DNA of 64,000 nucleotides. Source: Mytilus edulis. Lineage: Eukaryota. Below are positions 53,339-64,000 of the stretch, one piece after another. Under the pieces are notes generated by a model that had not been told where the DNA came from, ran no database searches, and saw only the letters and a list, made by a program, of their open reading frames with translations. Position 1 is the stretch's first letter, and each line of letters begins with the position of its first letter. Both the position numbers and the translations under genes were made by a program. The stretch lies in NCBI RefSeq assembly GCF_963676685.1, contig NC_092347.1, forward strand, positions 11,098,001 to 11,162,000, given 5' to 3'.

Positions 53339-53729
53339 AAGAAAATTGGTATAGGTTCAGCACATTGAAGTCTAATTTTATTACAGTTTGATGTAATTAT
53401 TTCGTTTTCGAGCTTTCAATTATTTATTAATGAGATTTTATAATTCAGATTTGCGGCTCAGTTCGGTGCATTATGTGATCATACTTTTCAGTAGAAATGT
53501 AAATTTTGAATGTATATGCTTTTGTAACTTAGGTTGCTGGATTAGAACTGTCTGTTCAACTATCGCTGCTAATGACAAAGACACAAACCCATAAGGTACA
53601 AAGTAGTAATAAACATACATTGTAAATTACCTGCTTACCAATCTAAAGCAATCATAGAAATTTTAACAGAATTAAAAACAAAATTACACACTGTTATATT
53701 GCTTTTCATAATCAATTCTAAAGACAACA

Positions 53730-54090
53730 GATCCAAAAATTCCAAAAAGTTGTGACAAAATACGACTAAGGTAATCTATGTCTGGGATAAGAAAATCCTT
53801 ACTTTTTCGAAAAATTCAAAGTTCAGTAAATAAGAAATTTATAAAAATGAACATATAATTGATATTAATGTCAACACCGAAATGCTGACTACTGGGCTGA
53901 TGATGCCCTCGGGGACGAAACGTTCTCCAGCAGTGGCATCGACCCAATGGTGTAAATAGTTATCAAAGGTACCAGGACTATAATTGAATACGCGCGTTTC
54001 GTCTACATAAGACTCATCAGTCATGCTCAGATCAATATAGTTATAAACCCTAACAAATACAAAGTACAAAAAAATGTGCCAAGTACGGCT
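53730..54090 (-). mobile_element. Slightly-longer-than-monomer retrozyme-like repeat; hammerhead at ~53989-54027 lacks the 3' strand of stem I
   Basis: Minus strand reads CTGATGAGTCTTATGTAGACGAAACGCGCGTA; homologous to the 42.7-kb and 44.5-kb copies; the same segment occurs at both ends. Confidence 0.82.
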
Positions 54091-57000
54091 CAGTTGTGTA
54101 TCCAAAGATTTAAGAGAGAATGTCATTGGCATCATGTTTAATTAAATTTTCAACTTTTTATTACAAAAGTCTTCAAAAATCTACTGGAATTTAGACATAA
54201 TTCAATAACTGTGTGTTGTTAACATTTAAAAAAAAAGGCCTCAAACAATCCATTATGAATAAGTATAACACTATTCGCCCCTTAGATGCTTTATACCACC
54301 ACGTACACAATGAATTGTCTTGAACAGCAGATTGCCCTACATTTTATCTCAACACATCTAATATTTCTATGATAAACAAAGGTCTATACTTTTATTATGG
54401 TGTCATCTAATGACCTTTGAAAATACAGCAAAAGTGCATGTCAATAAAAATGGTGTTCGATAGATCTGATAGTTTCGTCGCCTACTTGTTGTTAAAAAAA
54501 TAGCAAGTTCAACAAATATATATTTAATTGTTCAATAATTATAGATTACATGTTTGCGTGTTAGGTAATATTGCTAATGTAATTGAACTTTATCTTTTAA
54601 AAAGGGTAGACCATTATTATCAGATGATTAGATTCCGCTTGCAGTAACTCAATTACGGTTGTGTTACATTTGTGATATTGCCTTACTTTGACATCGATTA
54701 GTTGATAAATATATTCATCATGAATGAAATGTTTTATTTTTACTAATTGATTATTAACTTTTTTTTAAATTTTCAATTGAAAATATTACATGCGCATGAA
54801 GGATATGCTAATGCCATCGAAGCATTCTCGACTTTGTAACAGAGCAACTGTTGGTTTGATTTAAACGGTTATAGGGAGTTATGTCACTTGCTGAGACAAT
54901 ATTTAACCCCTCTTCCGATATTTTAAACCCTAGAAATGTCGTAGGTTTGGCACACATGTAGCAATTTTCATATTTCGTTTGTCATTGGAAAATTGTTTGA
55001 TTTCCCCTATTTTTAAAAGGACGTTACTCCATTATGTTCTAGGATAGTAAGAGTGGGATAAATGATGTTTGGAGGGCTTCTTATTGACTTTGTGGACTAA
55101 TAATTATGTATTTCAAATGCTTCTGATAGTATGTTACGTTATTGCTTCTTCATTTCGATTTTGATATTTGTTTACATCGTAAATGGACTATACGATTACT
55201 TTACCGTAGATATTAAAGCCTTATTATGATTCAGATAAAATGTAAATTCAAACCCGAATCAGACAACAGATTTATGTGAGCAATTTAAAGATAGGAACAA
55301 AAAACACAGACAATATTCAATACATAAAGGCAACAGTAGTATACCGCTGTTTGAAATTCATACATCGACTGAGAAAAAAAAAACAAATCCGGGTTACAAA
55401 CTAAAATTGAGGGAAACGCTTCAAATATAATAGGAGAACTACGACACAACAAAAACACAACATTAACATGTAGCACACATAGAAACGAACTATATTATAA
55501 CAATGGCCATTTTCCTGACTTGATACAGAACATTTTTAGAAAAAAAGAAAAAAAAGTGGATTCAATTATGTGACATATACATAATCAAGGTAAACAAAAA
55601 CTGTCAACATGAATCTATATATATATATAAAGAGACGAGAAGGGATACCAAAATGACATTCAAACGCATTAGTCAAAAATAAACCGACAACGCTATGGCT
55701 TAAAAGAAAATAGACAAACAAAAGTCATTTGATTTTAGTTCCGTGCAGGCAAATTATTACGACTATCCTTTTTGTCCATATATTTCAATCAGTTTCTCAG
55801 TTAATCCGATTGATTTTTAGATTACCAGCTGAGAAAACCAGTTTGACGAATCATCTTTGTACGCATGCACGTTGTTAAAACATAATTATTATTTAATAAA
55901 CGATTTATATGTTCTCAAACGGTCGGCAAACTTCTAACCTCGATTTAAAATATATAAGTTAGGAAAATATGCTTTAAAAAGTGCGTTATATGAAAATGCC
56001 TTTATAACTGTGTTCATACAATGAGATTTTGATAGGTTATTTTAAATTTTTCCTAAAAGTTTTTATTTTGAAATACTTTAAGAAATTTCATTAAATTCAT
56101 TGTTTTAGATACATTATACATTTTATTGTCCTCCAAAAAACTGGTTACACAGACCTGGAAAAGTTATTTTTGCAACTAGTTTTTGGTTTAAGCTTTTAGT
56201 TTGACGTTTTGTTTTTTACCACCAATACAAATAAAACAGACAAACGAAGTCTGGTAAGAGAAAAAAAGTTATTTAAAAGTAATCTTGGAAGAAGTGCTCC
56301 AAATAAACGAATCAGACATCAAATTCAATGACGTCAAACGATAATCTTTCTCTTTTACAATGTAAACTTAAAAAACCCTCGTCTGTGAATGTTTACATTA
56401 TTATCAATGTCACATGATTTGTCTATTTGTTGACGGCGCTAGTAATAATACATATAAAACTCATATACGCTTTGTTTTTGTTTGACGAAAGGAATTGGCG
56501 TGTTGTATGAAGAGTATAGTCGGATGAAAAAACAAAAATATGATGTATTGATGCTTGCTCAAAATATAGTTGGAAATAGTATATGCATATTCTGATCGAA
56601 CGGAAATATATGAATTTTCTTATAAATAGGGACAAGTAATTTTTTTATAAAATTAAACAGGTTATAAGAATGTTTAATGAACAAAATGTGGAATCATTTT
56701 TCACGCGTCTTGTTCCCATAACATTTATTAGTGGTTGCTTAATACTTTATTGAAATTTCTTTTTCTTGTTCATGACAGATTTGGGGCATGTATATAGACT
56801 TTTAATTATCGAACAGTTCTTGTGCAACAATTCACAAATTTTGTACACACTTGTCATTGAAATACCCTTTTAACTTTATTACAATGTTTTGGTTAGCATA
56901 AAAGTGATGCACTAGTTTTACATTAATACATACCAATCTTTACATACCTAACAATATATGTTTGACATTTTTATTTTCCTATATTAAAATTAAATGTAGT

Positions 57001-57188
57001 TACAATTTGTGCCAAAACCTGCTATCTTATTTTTATATAAAAATCCAAGTTTGTATTCTGTTAAAAGTCCTATAATAAATGTACAAAACATTTATAACAA
57101 TATAATATACGTTTAAGTATCTTATGAAGCTTTTATCGTATCCCATAACTCTGTTTGTAGCAGCTTTGGAATTCTATAATAAATGCAT

Positions 57189-57568
57189 GTTTTATGCATG
57201 TGTACATTTTTGAAAGAAAGATGATACGTTAATTAAATATTGAACAGCTTGTGAGTACTAAGGGCTCAGGGACTCAACCTGTTTATAAAATGCGCAGTAT
57301 TGTGGGGTTTTCTGTGTGTACGTTATGAAGAATTTCATTGATGTCTTAAGTTACTGTACACAAAGTTGACTATGACGTTTTATGCATGTGTGCATTTTTG
57401 AAAGAAAGATGATACGTTAATTAAATATTGAACAGCTTGTGAGCGCTAAGGGCTCAGGGACTCAACCTGTTTATAAAATGCGCAGTATTGTGGGTTTTTC
57501 TGTTGGTACGTTATGAAGAATTTCATTGATGTCTTAAGTTACTGTACACAAAGTTGACTATGACGTTT
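57189..57568. repeat. 188-bp two-copy tandem repeat
   Basis: GTTTTATGCATGTG...GACTATGAC repeated at offset 188 with few substitutions. Confidence 0.95.
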
Positions 57569-58621
57569 AAAATCATAATGAAACATCAAATTTATAACAA
57601 ACAAAAAAAAAACAAAAAAAGGAATTTAATATCTTAGATCTACTGGAGTCGCTGAGTTTTACTATATAGCAAGTGTGCGTGAACCTTCTTACAAAGAAAA
57701 TCAAATCTTTATTACTATACTGCTATCGAATTATTGCCTTCCTGTACACTATAATGCGCCGGTATTAACCCATATGAATTGACTTAAGCTACAAGACCTC
57801 ACGTTAGAACATTGACTACAGCACGGCGCAAGTGCACACGGAACCCGTAATGAAGGAATGTAAATACATGTGATCTGGAAGTTAAATAGTAATAACCATT
57901 TTTAAAGAACAAATTTGATACAATTAAATCATTTTAAAAACTTTTTAAAGTTTAATTAACAAATTGGACGCATCGAAAACATGAAAACAAATATCCTCGA
58001 GCTCGGTCCGTCAATTAACTTATTTTATATATGCTCAATATCCTTCGTGCTAATTGTTCATCAATGTCACAACCCAGGCAAACGTCGGACCCAATATTGA
58101 CAGCTAAGTTTCCAATCATCAATCCCTAAATAAATTTCTACTTGTCGAAAAAGCGTTAAAAATATGAAATGTTTTTAAAAAGACTGTGAATACAGGACTT
58201 AGTTTAGTACATATGCATGCATTGGCCCAATTAGGTCCATAACTTTAAAATTACAAGAAACTTGTTTTGTTTGACCTCAAATTTAGTTTATCAAAACATT
58301 CGTGATAATTTATGGGTAAAATTACAAAAACAAATCATAGAAAATTCATATTAAAGACGTTCTACGAGTCAATGGTATATTTGCTTAGAAAATAAATCGT
58401 CATTGACATACACTTCAAAGATTTAATTCAGCGGGTTTTTTTCAGTCCTAGACTTTAGTTTTTTTTAATTAGCATACGTTTTGACATTTTTGCCAACTCA
58501 ATAAAATGATGGTTGGTTTACAAGTCAATGATACTTGAAAACAGTGTGAATATGTTTTTAAAAGAAGGTGTAATGGACTTTAATTATTTTTAACTGATGG
58601 AAGAAAAATTGACAGAAGTTA

Positions 58622-58888
58622 AAGCCAATTGCATTGAGTGTGTAGGGAAAGATAGAATTTTTGGTTTGATTGCTTATGAGCTAAACCGTGAAGTCATTAT
58701 TAGGTAAGGTAAACTAGCCTCCTTTAAGAGTAGATTAGTCAGACATATACCTAATCTATCTGTCTGGAAGACTAGACTACTTCGAAAGGATGGTAGTATA
58801 CCTTAACTAAGAAGGACTTCACGATAGAGCTCACAAGCAAGCTAACCAAGGATTCTACCTTTCTCTACACACTCAATGCAATCGGCTG
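58622..58888. mobile_element. Foldback MITE (Tc1/mariner-like TA flanks)
   Basis: Whole element is an imperfect palindrome (AGCCAATTGCATTGAGTGTGTAG / CTACACACTCAATGCAATCGGCT); right end CTG|TA. Confidence 0.8.
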
Positions 58889-59840
58889 TAACACGTTCAC
58901 AATATAATTGTTTGTACAGCAGATCTTTCCATATTCTTTTTTACCATTACTTAATTTGTAATTTTGATTGACAAGGGTCCATGCTTATATTATTTTGTCA
59001 CCTGATGACATTTGAAAATGTAGCAAAAGTGCATGTCCTCAAAACATGTTGTTAAGTTGATCTGATATTTTTGTCGCCTACTGTTTGTAATAAAGAAAGT
59101 ACTTAATTTTCAGTTCATATCAATTACATGTTTGCGTGAGTAAAGTATTAAGACAATTGCAATTGGATTAAATCTGTAAATTTTTTTAGGAAACATGCAA
59201 TACTATGGCGTAATTTGTGTTTATATCAACAAATTAACCATTATTATCAAATGATTTGATTATGTTTGCAGATCCTTCATGACGGTTGTGTAACATTTTG
59301 AAGTCGACTAGCTAGTAAATATGTTTGCGTTTACTGATTGATTACTGATTGTTAAAAGTGTAGTTGAAAATATAACATGCGCATTCAGGACATGCTTATA
59401 TCAATAAAAATATACTAAGCTTTAAACCAGGGTGAAAAATTAGATTTTAGAACACAACGGTAACAAGAATATATGTGACCTACTGGGATACATTATTCTG
59501 ATACAATAGCGGGTGTTTGGCACTACGTAGCAATAACCATGTTTTGTTTGTCTTGGAGTTTAGTCTTCTAGTTTCATTGGGACATTGCTTTGCCTTTCCT
59601 TGTTGTAAGAGGTGATTGCATCATTTCATTTTCTGGATAGTTAGATTGAGATAGATTTTAGAGTGTGTACGGCTTCTGTTTTGCTTTGCAGGTTAGGATG
59701 GGATAGGACTCACACTATGTTCTGGTTTTTATATGACACATCGTTGTCATTATAATGGAATGTAATACGACTGTCATACAAGTGAGAGGTTTAACTAGCT
59801 ATAAAACCTCATAGGAAAATGTCTGTACCATTTATGGAAT

Positions 59841-61682
59841 ATGACAGGTGTTTTCCAGTCGTTTGAATGCTTATGAGCTTTTTTTTTTGCAATTTGATTA
59901 GGAATCTTCCCTTTTGATTTTTTCCTAGAAGTTAAGTATTTACATGATTATACTTTTTTCCGTGGATGCGTTGATAGTACAAAATTATCATCATTTTGAG
60001 GTTAATATTTGTTTTCAATTTTAGCATTAAAGACTAAGCACCACCATCTTAAATCGTGCATAATGCATAAATAACTTTGTCGTAGACGTTCAGCATGATT
60101 AACACAAATCAAATCTTTTTTCTCGAGAACACATGAAAAATAGTAACAAACAAACATGTAATATATAAAAACAATATAATGGATGGAATTATGTGACATA
60201 CACATGTATATGAAATTGGAAGTAAGAAAATACGATTGACATTAAATATACAAACGATCATTTGATTTTGGTTGCATGCATGCTAATCATTTATTATCCT
60301 TTTTGTTAAATTAGTTTCCAAGATAATCCAAAAACGTTATGGATTACAATCTGAGAAAATCAAGTTGATTAATGATATACGTACATGTAAACGTTGTTTC
60401 GATGAAGGTCAAACATTATCGATATTTTTCTAAAAAAAACAATTGTATACGCAGAAGCGATAACAAACTTATTATCTAGATTAAAGAAAATACATGGTAG
60501 GAAAAACAGGCTGTTAAAATATTTATCATTTTGTGAAACAACCTATAATTTCATATTTTTGTCCAGATAAAGAAACTTTGATAAGTTATTCTTAAATTTA
60601 TAGCAGCTATAAATTGATTAAAGGTTTAACGACCTTTTACTATGAATACTATAAGAAATGTCCTGAATTTAATATTTTCGGTCCCCTAAGAACACTGTTT
60701 TACAGAAATGGAAAGCATTTTTTACAGAAAAGGGAAGCTGGTGTTCATACAACTACGTATTGTTTACACGTTTAACTTTTAATGTCTTTTCTATGAATGT
60801 AAAGCTAGCAGACAATGGTGGTCTGCTAAGAGTTTTGTAGAAGAAATATTGTGAGACGTTTTCAAAAAAAACGTTTCAAACATCAACCTCAATGCCGTAG
60901 AACGTTAATCTTCCGTTTTTTTACAATGCAAACTTAATACATCTCGTCTGTGACTGTTTGCACTATTCTCATTGTTTTTTGGTTCATCACTGTTGTTTCT
61001 TGAAACCAAATTGACGTTTTATGTAAATGAGTTGTTTCGGGGAATTTACCGAAATGACAGGTGTTGCTTTGTCGTTTGAATGTGTATGAGCTTTTAATTT
61101 AGTCATTTTGCCTTTTGACTTTTCCTCGGAGTTCAGTTCTTTCGTGATTTTACTTTTTTCCGTGGATGCGTTGATAGTACAAAATTATCATTATTTTGAG
61201 GTTGATTTTTGTTTTCAATTTTAGCATTAAAGACTAAGCACTACCATCTCAAATAGTGCATAATGCATAAATAACTTTGCCGTCGAAGTTCAACATAATT
61301 AACAAAATTAAAATATTTCTTCTCGAGAACACATGAAAAATAGTAACAAATAAACATGTAATATGTAAAACAACAAGATAGTTGATGGAATTATACAATC
61401 ACATTGTATATGAAATTGGAAGTAAGAGAATACTGTTGACATTAAATATACAAACGATCATTTGATTTTGGTTGAGTGCATGCTAATCATTTATTATCCT
61501 TTTTGTTAAATTAGTTTCCAAGATAATCCAAAAACGTTATGGATTACAAGCTGGGACAATCAAGTTGATTAATGATATAAGGACATGTAAACGATGTTTT
61601 GATGAAGTTCAAAAATTATTGATATTTTTCTAAAACAAAATTGTGCACGCAGAAGAGATAACGAACTTATTATGAAGATTAA
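59841..61682. repeat. Direct duplication at ~1.2-kb spacing (59841-60485 and 61054-61682)
   Basis: TACTTTTTTCCGTGGATGCGTTGATAG at 59951 and 61151; copy 2 is cut off by the element at 61683. Confidence 0.9.
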
Positions 61683-62165
61683 CGCTAGGTTCACACTGCC
61701 GATCAGATCAACTCGATAAAGCCCGATCAAGACAAGTTAAGTGATCGGGAGACTGGTCTGACTCAATCGACAAGTATGTTCAGGATAGAGTACCTTGCTC
61801 GTCATCGATCTGAATTTCTACCCGAGAACTTTTGACATGTCAAAATTTAAAACATTCGAGTAAGGATTGAGGCGAAAGTCACTCGAGAAGATATCGAGAA
61901 TTCGTCGAGTAGCGGTCGAATTGATCGGGAAAGGATCGTGTAGAGTTCGAGTTTGGTCGGAATAAAAAAAAAATACCAACTAGCACTCGATCATTTCGAC
62001 CTTTGTTCAACTAATGTCCGATTTTTTCCAGATTACCTCGACCAATGCCCGATCGCTTCCCGATCACTGCGACTTGTATATTTATATTATCCCAGACCAT
62101 CTAGAGCAATACCGATAACTTTGCGACCACATTCGACCACTCTTCGACCTCTACTCTGCCATACA
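61683..62165. mobile_element. Truncated Harbinger-like non-autonomous element
   Basis: Starts taa|CGCTAGGTTCACACTG; interior rich in TCGA/GATC; no right TIR found. Confidence 0.5.
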
Positions 62166-63198
62166 CGAGAACAAATGACTGCTACACGATTCTCTAAAAG
62201 TGTGTGCAGATCTGATTAACTCTCATAACTCTGCTTCCGCAAAAATATATTGACAACATTTTTTTTAACTGTACAAAAATTCCTCTGTGTACAGTACGTG
62301 TCTTTACTTTTGCAAGGAGAGGTGACATTTTTAAAGAAAGACAAAAGACACCAAAGGAACAATCAAACTCAAAGGTCAAAAACAAACTGTCACAGCCATA
62401 GCGAAAAACGGTAACCGACGAGAAGACAAACAGCATTCCACATAACACAGAAAACTAAAAACTTAGCAACACTTAACCCAACAAAACCTGAGGAGATGAT
62501 CTCAGATGTTCGGGAAGGAAATCCTGCGATTTTGGCTGGCGGATTTTTCAAATATTAAAGTAATTGTGCAATTATATTCATTGTTAGACTGCTGATGACT
62601 AAGTTATCTGTCAAAGTTGGTTTATAAGAACATCAAGATTATATTTTACCTGTTTTATGGGCTATTTTCTGTTTTGTCTGTCAGTATTTTACGTTTGTCC
62701 AGAAATGTTTGTAGCATAAAAAAAGAAGATGTGGTACAATTGCCAATTGACAATTGACAATTGACAGCTCTTAACAGAACACAAAATGACATAGAAACTA
62801 TCAATAACAACTATTTTTTTATTTGGTGCGAAACAGTAACGATACAAACTGTTCAGTGAGCACAAGTTTTAATCATTTGATTCTAACATAGTTTTGCAAG
62901 TTTGCATAAACTTTGACAAACTATACACGCGCTGTAAATACGTCTACAGTTTGTCGTTCGTCGTTTGTTAGTTCAAACGAAGCATTTTCTTCTAACTTTA
63001 GCATTAAATCAATTATCTAAACCTGTTCTTGCTTGTCATAACTCAAAACATTGTCTAAAATAACTCAAAATTTTAATCTTCTCTAACCAAACGATGCATT
63101 TGTTTCTACTTCTGTTATATTACGTTTAACAAACTATAACAAACGGCACACAACGTTTACCAAACTTAGAAAGAAATGTACTCGTGCATGCTCTATTG

Positions 63199-64000
63199 AT
63201 AGATATATGTAAAGTTGTACACTGTTTTAGAAAAGGTATCACTCCAGGGGATTACCATATAGATATATGTAAAGTTGTACACTGTTTTAGAAAAGGTATC
63301 ACTCCAGGGGATTACCATATAGATATATGTAAAGTTGTACACTGTTTTAGAAAAGGTATCACTCCAGGGGATTACCATATAGATATATGTAAAGTTGTAC
63401 ACTGTTTTAGAAAAGGTATCACTCCAGGGGATTACCATATAGATATATGTAAAGTTGTACACTGTTTTAGAAAAGGTATCACTCCAGGGGATTACCATAT
63501 AGATATATGTAAAGTTGTACACTGTTTTAGTAAAGGTATCACTCCAGGGGATTACCATATAGATATATGTAAAGTTGTACACTGTTTTAGTAAAGGTATC
63601 ACTCCAGGGGATTACCATATAGATATATGTAAAGTTGTACACTGTTTTAGTAAAGGTATCACTCCAGGGGATTACCATATAGATATATGTAAAGTTGTAC
63701 ACTGTTTTAGTAAAGGTATCACTCCAGGGGATTACCATATAGATATATGTAAAGTTGTACGCTGTTTTAGAAAAGGTATCACTCCAGGGGATTACCATAT
63801 AGATATATGTAAAGTTGTACGCTGTTTTAGAAAAGGTATCACTCCAGGGGATTACCATATAGATATATGTAAAGTTGTACACTGTTTTAGAAAAGGTATC
63901 ACTCCAGGGGATTACCATATAGATATATGTAAAGTTGTACACTGTTTTAGAAAAGGTATCACTCCAGGGGATTACCATATAGATATATGTAAAGTTGTAC
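63199..64000. repeat. 60-bp tandem array, at least 13.4 units, continuing past the window end
   Basis: Unit ATAGATATATGTAAAGTTGTACACTGTTTTAGAAAAGGTATCACTCCAGGGGATTACCAT; only two variant positions. Confidence 0.99.

Larger units (their letters stand above)
54140..61050. repeat. Old diverged tandem duplication (~54140-56420 vs ~58895-60975)
   Basis: Colinear homologous blocks 54610/59238, 55727/60259 and 56315/60878, interrupted by different repeats. Confidence 0.7.

Noticed and set aside
53888-53951. HDV-like ribozyme
   Set aside because: The pseudoknot lacks P4 and the J4/2 catalytic strand between P1 and P2.
63193-63978. 261-aa repetitive ORF as a protein gene
   Set aside because: Consists entirely of a 60-bp tandem repeat; both variants are non-synonymous; no domain or splice context.
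63199-64000. CRISPR-like array
   Set aside because: No unique spacers, eukaryotic context, no cas genes; the same applies to the 40-bp repeat at 19864.

Overview
AT-rich eukaryotic (animal) genomic DNA with spliceosomal introns. The repeat families look like those of a bivalve mollusc, probably Mytilus (inference). Two host gene models are supported. (1) The last three coding exons of a Cys-loop nicotinic acetylcholine receptor subunit (alpha9/10-like M2, no loop-C vicinal cysteines), present as two near-identical copies in a ~5.13-kb tandem duplication bounded by copies of one MITE family. The 5' exons are not in the window. (2) A complete 4-exon Ctr/SLC31 copper-transporter gene (14724-19131, 185 aa) with an atypical N-terminus and a long C-tail. 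The rest is repeat-rich: CR1/L2-type LINE fragments, a Mutator-like element with a 9-bp TSD, Penelope-like RT and GIY-YIG remnants, many MITEs/foldbacks, a 42.6-54.1 kb cluster of retrozyme-like repeats carrying minimal type I hammerhead ribozymes, a telomere-like G-rich array, several local duplications and a 60-bp tandem array running off the end. Most ORFs in the supplied track are spurious. All calls are by eye; no searches were run.
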